The position numbers and the translations under genes were made by a program. Below the pieces are notes generated by a model that saw only the letters and a list, made by a program, of their open reading frames with translations, did no database searches and was not told the origin of the DNA. DNA of 64,000 nucleotides from a bacterium (GTDB lineage Bacteria; Bdellovibrionota_C; UBA2361; SZUA-149; JAEUWB01), in the NCBI GenBank assembly GCA_016786595.1, contig JAEUWB010000051.1, positions 10,098-74,097 of the forward strand, given 5' to 3'. Positions 51,355 to 60,135 of this stretch are shown here, piece after piece; the first letter of the stretch is position 1, and every line of letters starts with the position of its first letter.

Positions 51355-52680
51355 ATGAGAATTCTTGTTGTCGATAAGGATGAGGCTAGTCGCGCGCTTT
51401 TAATGTCTCGTGTGGAGGAGGCAATTCGCCAAGTCGGGCTAAAGCGTGTCGATCTCGCGCTTGGTGACTATAGCTTATTCAGTGAACTTGCCACGACCGA
51501 ACCTTGTGGGGCAATTTTTCTTGGACCGTCTTTAATTGGCGAAGTCGAAAGTGCGATGCAACTTGCCCGCGCGGGCTTCCCCAGCGTTCCCTTGGCGCTT
51601 GTTCTCGATAATGAAGTTTATGCTGAGCGTGCCGTAGAGCTACGTAGACTTTTACCAATCCGCCTGATCGCTATTGCCGACATCCCACAAATGGCAGCTT
51701 TCCTCCTCGACTCAGAGACAGAATTAAATACTCTACCAGGGAATAAGAACCGCGGCGTTGTTGCAGTCACGCAACTCAAGGGTGGCGTTGGCTGCTCGAC
51801 AGTTGCTGCCGCTTTAGCTTCTTGCTGGGCTAGACACGGCTTAAGCACCGCATTGGTTGACCTTGATGACGTAAACCCACAGCTTTCTGACTGGGCACGC
51901 GCTAACACTTCTCAACGCCTTGCCGTTTCCGAACTGCTACGCCAGGGAGAGGTTTCCAAGCAACGCATCAATGACTTGGTCAGTCCAGTTGATGGTTATG
52001 ATGGAAAACTAGTCGTTGTTCCGCAACCTGAACTCTATCGCGAGAGCTTCCACTTTAAAGCTGACGTCCTCGAGCATGCGCCCAGTGCAGTAAACTTCGT
52101 AAAAACATTAATTAGTTTATTACGGGAGGAGTTCGATGTTGTTGTTGTTGATGTCGGTCGCTCCTGGGGCGTTGCCAGCTTTGCGATGCTACCGATTAGC
52201 CAGCACATTCTTTTAGTAATGGATGATGATGGCATGTCAGTGCGGCGAAGTATTGATAACCTTCAGCGTTTGGTTAAAGAGTCTGACGATGCCGAGGAGT
52301 TTGATTTAAGTCGTTGGTCAGTTGTGCTTAATGCTGTCACCGGAAAGTTGCTTACAGCTAAGGATGTAGCAACTGAATTACAAGAGTTGGAACTCTTTCC
52401 TGAGACTTCAAACTTATACACCATGCCTTTTTCCGAAACAGGCAGACAGTGGGGCGCGCCTGGGCAAAGCTACTTTGATCTAGCTGAGCCACAAGGGCGT
52501 CAGGCTGTGCAACATATCGCTTTTAGTATTATCCCGTTTCGTCAAGAGTTGGTGATTGAGCAACCACTAGAGAAGTTGATCAAGGGTGTGCAGAAACTCA
52601 CCGGTCAAACTTTGTTTGGCCAGAAGCTTGCAAGTTTCGTGGGGGCTCCCGCTAGAAGCAGTGAGTCGGTAAAGAAATGA
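51355..52680 (+). CDS. tadZ: TadZ/CpaE-like pilus localisation ATPase homolog (N-terminal receiver-like domain plus ParA/MinD fold)
   Basis: N-terminal pseudo-receiver. The P-loop region reads KGGVGCST; the deviant Walker A lysine is present but the canonical P-loop Lys is replaced by Cys. Confidence 0.65.
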   Translation: MRILVVDKDEASRALLMSRVEEAIRQVGLKRVDLALGDYSLFSELATTEPCGAIFLGPSLIGEVESAMQLARAGFPSVPLALVLDNEVYAERAVELRRLLPIRLIAIADIPQMAAFLLDSETELNTLPGNKNRGVVAVTQLKGGVGCSTVAAALASCWARHGLSTALVDLDDVNPQLSDWARANTSQRLAVSELLRQGEVSKQRINDLVSPVDGYDGKLVVVPQPELYRESFHFKADVLEHAPSAVNFVKTLISLLREEFDVVVVDVGRSWGVASFAMLPISQHILLVMDDDGMSVRRSIDNLQRLVKESDDAEEFDLSRWSVVLNAVTGKLLTAKDVATELQELELFPETSNLYTMPFSETGRQWGAPGQSYFDLAEPQGRQAVQHIAFSIIPFRQELVIEQPLEKLIKGVQKLTGQTLFGQKLASFVGAPARSSESVKK

Positions 52681-54233
52681 ACGAACACAAGGAAGACCTA
52701 GAGAGTGCGACTTATAAGGTATTACACCAACCAAAAGAATTCATCTGCTTACTTGCCTATCTTCCAGCGCTATTAGTTTTATTTATCTATGCGGGGTTTT
52801 GTTCTCCAGTTGACCCTGATTTGGGTTATCATCTGACAGTCGGTGAACAAGTTTTAAGCCGCTTTGCCGTACCAACAATTGATAGTTTTCGTTTTGATTC
52901 TCAAGATCCAGAGCTTGCCTATTCATGGCTACCGGCAGTTTACTTATATTTCGCTCATAGCTTTGGCGGCGCATGGGGGCTTAAAGTTTGGCTGTTAATT
53001 CACGTAAGCTTCTTAGCGATTTTGCTTTCCTATACTGTCTACGATCGCATTCGCCCATTTAATGCCGCGGTTTTATTATTGCTTGCTTCAATTGCGCTGC
53101 TGCAGGTGGTCACTCCGCGCCCGCGACTTTTGGCGCTGATAGTTTTTGGCCTTTTTCTGGGCTACGTAAAAATACGCGATATCAACCATGAGCGTAGTCA
53201 GCAGAGATTTGGTGACCGCCAAACCATTGCGGCAGTCTTCTTGCTTTCGCTCGTTTGGGCTAACACGCATATTTCCTGCGTGCTGGCACCGCTAATTTTG
53301 CTGTTAGATTCGGTGATTGCGCTCTCGATTAATCCGCGACGCTCTAGTCTCGGTTACGAGTGCTTAAGACTACTGGCTTGCATTTTGGGGCTTTTATTTA
53401 ATCCTTACGGGGCAAGAATTTTTCAAGCCGCCACACTCTATACGCCCGAGTCTCAAAGTATGGTTGCCCCCTATGTGCTCGAGCTACGTGGTTTTTTTGA
53501 CGTGCTCCAGCCGTATCCGCTTTGGTTTTGGGCAACCTTGGCGTTTGTTGTCGTTGCCATACTCCAACTTGTGATTACGCTACGCATTGCCTTTGAACGC
53601 CGTAGCTTGTTGCAGCATTTACTAGTTGGCTTCGGGTTAGTAATCTTTACAGGGTATTTGACGCTACAATCTTCGAGAAATCTTTCCTTTTTTATTCTCA
53701 GCACAATTTGGATGCTTGCGACAATTAAAGTTCCACAGCCGAAGTGGGCAAGAAGTGCATCGTGGTTGGGAATTGCGCTAGCTGGAGTTGCTTTTGTGGT
53801 GGGCATTCAAGCCAGTCAAGCGCGTGGTAGATACGATCAAGTTGAAGGATACTTTGCTAAAGCCCCAATCAGCGAAGGGCTAGAGGTAGTGCGCCCCTTA
53901 ATTTCTCAAGGTAAGGTGGGAACTAAGGTTTGGCGAATTTTTACAGCACCAGATAAAGGGCATTTTGTGAATTGGTGGCTTACGCATTATCGTCTACAGA
54001 AGCGTGCTAAGGTTTTTGTTGACGGTCGCACGGATGCGCTTGGCGTGAAGCGTTTTTTTACGGCGGAGGAAGCGCTTTGGGGACCGTGTTTCGAAAAAAC
54101 TCTAGATGATATCCAGGCCGATATTGCTATTGTCAATCTCAAACACCCGCTCTTTGAGCAACTCTTGCAAAATAAAAATTGGGTCCCACTTGGCGGCGCG
54201 ACAGAAGTTACCTTTGTTAGAGCACAACTGTGA
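52677..54233 (+). CDS. Polytopic membrane protein, possibly a GT-C-fold glycosyltransferase
   Basis: 518 aa with at least 11 TM helices. The first extracytoplasmic loop has DPDxxYH, reminiscent of GT-C DxD/DE loops. It overlaps tadZ by 4 nt. The assignment is tentative. Confidence 0.35.
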   Translation: MNEHKEDLESATYKVLHQPKEFICLLAYLPALLVLFIYAGFCSPVDPDLGYHLTVGEQVLSRFAVPTIDSFRFDSQDPELAYSWLPAVYLYFAHSFGGAWGLKVWLLIHVSFLAILLSYTVYDRIRPFNAAVLLLLASIALLQVVTPRPRLLALIVFGLFLGYVKIRDINHERSQQRFGDRQTIAAVFLLSLVWANTHISCVLAPLILLLDSVIALSINPRRSSLGYECLRLLACILGLLFNPYGARIFQAATLYTPESQSMVAPYVLELRGFFDVLQPYPLWFWATLAFVVVAILQLVITLRIAFERRSLLQHLLVGFGLVIFTGYLTLQSSRNLSFFILSTIWMLATIKVPQPKWARSASWLGIALAGVAFVVGIQASQARGRYDQVEGYFAKAPISEGLEVVRPLISQGKVGTKVWRIFTAPDKGHFVNWWLTHYRLQKRAKVFVDGRTDALGVKRFFTAEEALWGPCFEKTLDDIQADIAIVNLKHPLFEQLLQNKNWVPLGGATEVTFVRAQL

Positions 54234-54234
54234 C

Positions 54235-55719
54235 TTAATTTTGCTCAGATTTCAATCTAATCTTTTCTAACAAGCCCTTGATTTTGCTTGGATGATAATT
54301 GCTAAAATAGCTTTTCCAATAAGTTTGTTCCCAGACTTCGTCATTTGCGTATAACAGCACATCGTTCATGGAGTTGTAAATCAAGCGCTTTGCTGATTTT
54401 TTTACAGAACGAGACTTTGGATTGTACGCTATCGATCGGCCAGCTAATTTTAGGGCACAAATATCATTTTCTCCGTCACCCACATACAACACTGACTGAA
54501 GTTCTATCTCTAATTTGTGGGCGATATGCAGTAGGACATTGGATTTACAAAACGTATGCGCTTTGCACCCGTTTGGATGAAGCATTAGTGGAGAAATCGT
54601 TACTTCCCCCGTCGATACTCCAGCTCTGTAGCGTAATATATGGGCGACGCAAAAATCAGCAAACACTCTTCTGCGAATGATCTCGGCTGGTAAATAAAAG
54701 CTGTCTGTCACAATTCCTACACGGTAGCCTATTCGCCTCAAAGAAATTATTGTTTCACAAATGTTGTTGGTCAGCGGGATTGATTTAGCCACTTTTTTGA
54801 CAGTTTCGCGAGATGTACCCGCCAATACGTTTGCAATTTTTCTGGTTCTTTCCTCATCGCTGATAGAGGTGCTATCTAAGAACCTTTCTAATTCACTTGA
54901 TTTCCTCTCATGATCTGCAAGAAATTTTATGAAGCGGCCTTGAATAATCGTCCCATCCATATCGAAGAGCGCAAGTTTGTCTGCTTCTCCAAGCTTGTTT
55001 AAAGCTACAGATAATTCTGCATGCGCGTGGTGCTCAATTTCCTCCACTTCTCTTAATTGCGCTACATGAAGACGGCCGTATCTTGAGGCACGGTCAATTA
55101 TTACTCTAGATACCTGCTTTGCCATGTCCGCCAAGACATCCAGATCATGGCTGTCATGTTCGATATGGCCGATATCAATTTGAGTTATTTTTGCACCTTG
55201 GTAATGCGAATCCAAAAGCAGCCCAACGTCAACACCGTAATCAGTTTCGAAATCAACTCGCTTTAAAATACTTTTCTTCCCTGCGACAATACCCCCCAAG
55301 GGTTGGCTGATATGTGAAAGTTCAGGAAAGAAAGTTTGCAGTAATGGTTTGGCCGTTAGAGTCGTAACTCTGCCACTTTTCCTGGAGAAACTAGCCTTTA
55401 CAAAATCACTTTCATCATTAATGATTGGCGTGCAAAGTTTCTCAACAATATCTTGGTCTAAATTCTGTAAATCTCCATCGAGAAACATAATTATCTCAGA
55501 TTCTGCTATTCGGACCCCATCCTCTAATGAAGCACCCTTACCTAGTAGGGTGCTCATTATAACAGTAGCTCCAGCGGATTCTGCTAATTGTCGAGTTTCA
55601 TCAGTAGAGCCATCGTCAATCACAATCACTTCTTTGACTAAGGGAGATTTTTTTACAAGGTTGACGATTTCATAAATACGCTCAGATTCGTTTAGCACCG
55701 GGATAAGAACTGTTATCAT
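54235..55719 (-). CDS. Bifunctional GT81-type glucosyl/mannosyl-3-phosphoglycerate synthase fused to a HAD phosphatase
   Basis: N-terminus: LIPVLNE...IDDGSTD...FLDGDL...GRVTTLTAKPLL...QPLGG...DYGVDVGLLLD, which is GpgS-like. C-terminus: HAD motifs DMDGT and GDGENDI. ATG at 55719; the ORF track extends to 55788. Confidence 0.55.
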   Translation of the reverse strand: MITVLIPVLNESERIYEIVNLVKKSPLVKEVIVIDDGSTDETRQLAESAGATVIMSTLLGKGASLEDGVRIAESEIIMFLDGDLQNLDQDIVEKLCTPIINDESDFVKASFSRKSGRVTTLTAKPLLQTFFPELSHISQPLGGIVAGKKSILKRVDFETDYGVDVGLLLDSHYQGAKITQIDIGHIEHDSHDLDVLADMAKQVSRVIIDRASRYGRLHVAQLREVEEIEHHAHAELSVALNKLGEADKLALFDMDGTIIQGRFIKFLADHERKSSELERFLDSTSISDEERTRKIANVLAGTSRETVKKVAKSIPLTNNICETIISLRRIGYRVGIVTDSFYLPAEIIRRRVFADFCVAHILRYRAGVSTGEVTISPLMLHPNGCKAHTFCKSNVLLHIAHKLEIELQSVLYVGDGENDICALKLAGRSIAYNPKSRSVKKSAKRLIYNSMNDVLLYANDEVWEQTYWKSYFSNYHPSKIKGLLEKIRLKSEQN

Positions 55720-55801
55720 AAATATTGTGTCATATCCAAAAGAAGAATCTACCGCGAGGTTGTTGCATATAATATAGTGAATGCGCAAGGACAGAAATAA
55801 T

Positions 55802-58036
55802 ATGTCAATTATTAGCGTCGACTTTTCTAAAGAAGCAGAGGACCGTTATTTAACTTATGCGTTGAGCGTAGTGAATAACCGTGCGATTCCGGATGTGCGT
55901 GATGGCTTGAAGCCCGTGCAGCGCAGGATTTTATTTGCAATGTATAGTCATTTGCATCTAACTCCGGAGAAAAATTTCAGAAAATCTGCGGCGGTAGTCG
56001 GCGAGGTTTTAGCGAAATTTCACCCCCATAGTGACCAAGCTTGCTATGAAGCAATGGTGCGCATGGCCCAAGACTTTTCGCTGCGCTACCCACTGATTAA
56101 AGGTCAAGGGAATTTCGGATCGCTTGATGGGGATGGCGCGGCGGCATATCGCTACACTGAAGCCAAGCTCTCGAAGTTCGCACTCGAAGTGATTGGAGAC
56201 ATCGATCATAAAACCGTTGATATGCGTTTTAATTTCGACCAAACTACCGATGAACCGGTAGTGCTTCCCGCGCGCGTACCGAATCTACTTGTTAACGGAT
56301 CGTCGGGGATTGCCGTTGGACTTGCAACCAACATTCCACCGCATAACCTCAGTGAAGTAGTTGAGGCGCTCAAGCTCATTCTAGCTGACCCAGAGGTAAA
56401 AGATGCAGAACTACTGAAAGCGATTAAAGGCCCAGACTTTCCAACTGGCTGCTCAATCGTCAATACCAAAGCTGAGATTAAAGAGATTTATGCAACTGGC
56501 CGCGGTACAATTTACATGCGCGGAGATTACTTAGTTGAAGATTTAAGTCGGGGGAAAAGGCAGTTAGTGATCACCTCGATTCCTTATGGCGTGAACAAAT
56601 CGCAACTTGTCGAAAAAATAGCTGAACAGATCAGTAATAAAAAAATTCAGTTGATCAATGACATCCGCGATGAATCAACTGATGACATCCGGGTAGTTTT
56701 AAATCTCGTTGGTGATGCTGACCCAGATGTGGTGATGGCCTTTTTATATAAGCACACGCAGCTCGAATCTCCCTTTGCAGTAAACCTTACTGCGTTAGTT
56801 CCCACTGACAATCCTTTTGCGACTCGACCAAAAACGCTTTCCTTAAAGCAAGTCTTGCTGCAGTTTTTAAATTTCCGTCGTGATGTAACGCGCTCAAAAC
56901 TTGAATTCGAGAAGGCAGAGTTGGAGAAGCGCATTCATCTGCTAGAGGGCTTAAAAATTGTCCTCGATGCGCTAGATGAGGCGATTAAAATTATCCGTAA
57001 AAGCGATGGGCGCAAAGATGCCGAAGAGAAGCTGATTAAACGCTTTAAATTGACTGAAACCCAGGCAAGTTACATCGTTGAGCTACGCTTATACCAACTC
57101 TCTAAGACTTCAGTTGATCAAATTCTTGAAGAATTAACTGAAAAGAAAAAGCGTGTTAAGGAAATTGTTAAAATTCTTGCTAGTGAAAAGCTTTTACTAG
57201 GCTTAGTTGATGCTGACTTAGATCGCGTTGTTGAGGAATTTGGCGATAAGCGGAAATCGAAAATTATTACCACCAGTCAGGAGTTTGAATATGATGCTGA
57301 CAGCTATATTCAACACGAAGATGTTTCAGTCCTAATTACTAGAGACGGCTGGGTCAAGCGTCAAAAGAAGGGCTTGAGTGTGGATTCGGCAAGGTTACGC
57401 GAAGGCGACGCAGTGCAGTTTATTCTCGAAGCCTCAACGCAAGACACGCTTAGTGTGATTTCCTCGCAAGGCGTAGTCTATGGGCTGAAGGTCCTGGATT
57501 TGCCACAAACCAGTGGCTTTGGTGACCCAATTCAAAAGCACGCTAAATTTTCTGACAACGAGCGTATTGCCGGGATTGATTTAATTAAAAATGAGAAAAT
57601 TTCTGGTGAAGCACTTGTGCTTACTACGCGTGGCTTAGGCATGCGCGTGCCACGCGAATTAATGCTTGGGGCAAAACGCGGTGGGAAGAAGCTCTGCAAA
57701 ATCTCAGAGGGGGACGCCCTAACAGTTTATCTTCCAGTTGAAAAAAATAGCTTAATCTTTAGCCTAACGTCTGGCGCTTATGGACTGCTCTGGAAAGTTG
57801 AAGAACTGCCTCTCGTTTCAGGACCTGCCAAAGGCGTGATTACAATGAAGCTACCGACTGAAGAGCAAGTAGTCGGCGCCTTAGTTGTAACTAAAGACGC
57901 CAAAGTTTTGGCTGTAAAAGAATCTGGTTCGACCAGTCAAATTGACGTAAAAGACTTATCCCTTTCATCGCGAGCCAAACGTGGCCATAAATTGGTGCGT
58001 AACGGACTACCCCTAATTGGTTTAAAACAGGGATAA
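55802..58036 (+). CDS. parC: Type IIA topoisomerase A subunit, topoisomerase IV ParC-like
   Basis: Has the active-site region ([17 protein letters not shown]), but is short (~745 aa) and has no GyrA-box at the start of the C-terminal domain. ATG at 55802. Confidence 0.65.
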   Translation: MSIISVDFSKEAEDRYLTYALSVVNNRAIPDVRDGLKPVQRRILFAMYSHLHLTPEKNFRKSAAVVGEVLAKFHPHSDQACYEAMVRMAQDFSLRYPLIKGQGNFGSLDGDGAAAYRYTEAKLSKFALEVIGDIDHKTVDMRFNFDQTTDEPVVLPARVPNLLVNGSSGIAVGLATNIPPHNLSEVVEALKLILADPEVKDAELLKAIKGPDFPTGCSIVNTKAEIKEIYATGRGTIYMRGDYLVEDLSRGKRQLVITSIPYGVNKSQLVEKIAEQISNKKIQLINDIRDESTDDIRVVLNLVGDADPDVVMAFLYKHTQLESPFAVNLTALVPTDNPFATRPKTLSLKQVLLQFLNFRRDVTRSKLEFEKAELEKRIHLLEGLKIVLDALDEAIKIIRKSDGRKDAEEKLIKRFKLTETQASYIVELRLYQLSKTSVDQILEELTEKKKRVKEIVKILASEKLLLGLVDADLDRVVEEFGDKRKSKIITTSQEFEYDADSYIQHEDVSVLITRDGWVKRQKKGLSVDSARLREGDAVQFILEASTQDTLSVISSQGVVYGLKVLDLPQTSGFGDPIQKHAKFSDNERIAGIDLIKNEKISGEALVLTTRGLGMRVPRELMLGAKRGGKKLCKISEGDALTVYLPVEKNSLIFSLTSGAYGLLWKVEELPLVSGPAKGVITMKLPTEEQVVGALVVTKDAKVLAVKESGSTSQIDVKDLSLSSRAKRGHKLVRNGLPLIGLKQG

Positions 58037-58080
58037 GCGCGAAAGGTTTTATAGTGATCGCAGTGAACGTGTAGGTACAA

Positions 58081-60036
58081 ATGGGCAAAGATAAATCTGC
58101 CGCAAATTTAAATACTAAGAAGCGATACTCTGCCGAAGATATCGAAGTGCTTGAAGGTTTGGAGCCTGTGCGTGAGCGCCCCGGCATGTATATTGCGGGC
58201 ACAGACACGCCCCAAGGCTTACATCAGCTTGTTTCAGAAATTGTTGATAACAGTGTCGATGAGGCGATGAATGGGCACGCTGACCAAATTACTGTCACTC
58301 TGCACAAAGATAGTTCGAGCGTAACTGTGACCGATAACGGCCGCGGTATTCCGGTTGATCAACATAAGAAATTTAAAAAATCTGCCCTCGAGCTAATTCT
58401 GACAACGCTCCATGCGGGCGGTAAATTTGGTGACCAAAACTATAAAACAGCAGGCGGTTTACACGGCGTGGGAAGCTCTGTCGTAAATGCGCTTAGTGTT
58501 GAACTAATTGCCCGCGTGCGACGAGAAGGTGGTGAATACGAGCAAACTTTTTCGCGTGGTAAACCGACTTCAAAACTAAAAAAGCTCCGTGACTTCCGCG
58601 GTTCAGGCACGACAATCTTTTTTAGACCAGACCCGGATATTTTTTCTTCGATTAAGTTTTCTAGCGATATCATCCGCCAACTTCTAAAGGGCAAGGCTTA
58701 CCTTAACCCGGGGCTGATGATTACGTTTCTCGATGAAAAATCGGATACCAAGGAAGAGTTTAAATTTCCCGATGGCATTCGCTCACACCTGGCAGAATTA
58801 CTAGCAGAAGACCAACAAGAGCCGCTGCAAGCCGAGACTTTTTATCTCGAGCGTGATGACAAAGCTCAAGTTCAAATTGCCCTGGCCTGGACTGAAGCAA
58901 CAGCTGAAAGATTTTTCTCCTATGTTAATGGCATTCATACTCCTGATGGTGGCACGCATGAGCAAGGAGCAAAAAACGGCATCGTTAAAGCCGTGAAAAA
59001 TTACTGCCAAACTCACGAGGTTTTACCCAAGGGCGTAAAACTAATTGCCGAAGACATTCGTGAAGGAGTGTTTTGCGTAGTTTCTGTCAAACTGCCTGGC
59101 GGGGCGTTTAAAACTCAGTTTCAAGGCCAAACAAAAAGCAAGCTTAATAATCCCGAAGTAACCCCACTAGTTGAGAATGTCACACGTGGACTAGAGAAGC
59201 TGCTTAACGAAAAGCCCAGTGCTGCCCAGGCAATTGTCGAGCGCATTATCCTTGCTGCCAAAGCTCGCGAAGCTTCACGTAGCGCCGTGCAAGCCGTAAC
59301 TCGCAAACTTGCGGGAGGTTCGCGCTTAACGCTACCTGGTAAACTTTCTGACTGTAGTTCGGGTCGTGCGGATGAAACTGAACTTTTTATCGTCGAAGGG
59401 GACAGTGCCGGGGGAAGCGCTAAGCAGGGGCGCGACAGAAATTTTCAAGCCGTGCTCGCCTTACGTGGTAAAGTTTTAAATACAATTTCGGCAAACACCA
59501 AGCAGATTTTAGAAAATAAAGAATTTCAAAATATCATTTCAGCTTTAGGCTGTGGCTTTGGGGAACATCTTAAGCTTGATAAACTTCGCTACGGCAAAGT
59601 CATTATTCTTACCGATGCCGATGCTGACGGCATGCATATTTCAACTCTGCTACTTGCATTTTTCTTCACGCACCTCCGTGGCTTAATCGATCGCGGCGCG
59701 ATCTATCTCGGGAAACCGCCACTCTACGGAGTTTTTCCTAAGGGTAGTGGTGAAAAGAAACCGTTCTTTGCTTTTTCTGATAAAGAATTAGAATCACAGA
59801 TCGGCAAAAAAGGACTCTCCACTGCGCATATCACGCGCTATAAAGGGCTTGGTGAAATGAATCCCGATACGCTTTGGGACACAACTCTTAACCCCAAGAC
59901 GCGCACGCTACTTAAAGTTAAGGCCGATGACCAAATAAAAGTCACTAAAAAACTCCAGGACCTGATGGGTAATGACTCCAAGTATCGCTTCGAATTAATC
60001 CAGTCCCGCGCGCACGAAATTGAGATTGATGTGTGA
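58081..60036 (+). CDS. parE: Type IIA topoisomerase B subunit, ParE-like
   Basis: 651 aa with GHKL ATPase, TOPRIM (EGDSAGG) and PLxGK motifs. The short length fits the ParE type. Confidence 0.7.
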   Translation: MGKDKSAANLNTKKRYSAEDIEVLEGLEPVRERPGMYIAGTDTPQGLHQLVSEIVDNSVDEAMNGHADQITVTLHKDSSSVTVTDNGRGIPVDQHKKFKKSALELILTTLHAGGKFGDQNYKTAGGLHGVGSSVVNALSVELIARVRREGGEYEQTFSRGKPTSKLKKLRDFRGSGTTIFFRPDPDIFSSIKFSSDIIRQLLKGKAYLNPGLMITFLDEKSDTKEEFKFPDGIRSHLAELLAEDQQEPLQAETFYLERDDKAQVQIALAWTEATAERFFSYVNGIHTPDGGTHEQGAKNGIVKAVKNYCQTHEVLPKGVKLIAEDIREGVFCVVSVKLPGGAFKTQFQGQTKSKLNNPEVTPLVENVTRGLEKLLNEKPSAAQAIVERIILAAKAREASRSAVQAVTRKLAGGSRLTLPGKLSDCSSGRADETELFIVEGDSAGGSAKQGRDRNFQAVLALRGKVLNTISANTKQILENKEFQNIISALGCGFGEHLKLDKLRYGKVIILTDADADGMHISTLLLAFFFTHLRGLIDRGAIYLGKPPLYGVFPKGSGEKKPFFAFSDKELESQIGKKGLSTAHITRYKGLGEMNPDTLWDTTLNPKTRTLLKVKADDQIKVTKKLQDLMGNDSKYRFELIQSRAHEIEIDV

Positions 60037-60042
60037 TCGGCG

Positions 60043-60122
60043 CCCTTCGGCTTGAACTTATACTTTTCCATTTTACTTGAAATGGAAAGAGAGAAACTTA
60101 AGTATAAGTTGAAGCTGAAGGG
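60043..60122. repeat. Imperfect ~23-bp-stem nested palindrome between the convergent parE and metalloprotease genes
   Basis: CCCTTCGGCTTGAACTTATACTT ... AAGTATAAGTTGAAGCTGAAGGG with an inner TCCATTTTACTTGAAATGGA hairpin. Likely a bidirectional terminator or a REP-like element. Confidence 0.7.
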
Positions 60123-60135
60123 AAAGCGCTAAAAA

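Noticed and set aside
55720-55801. Overlapping divergent 5' extensions of the GT81-HAD gene (to 55788) and parC (from 55781).
   Set aside because: Both proteins have better-conserved N-termini from the internal ATGs (55719 and 55802). The extensions would make the divergent genes overlap head-to-head, which is implausible.
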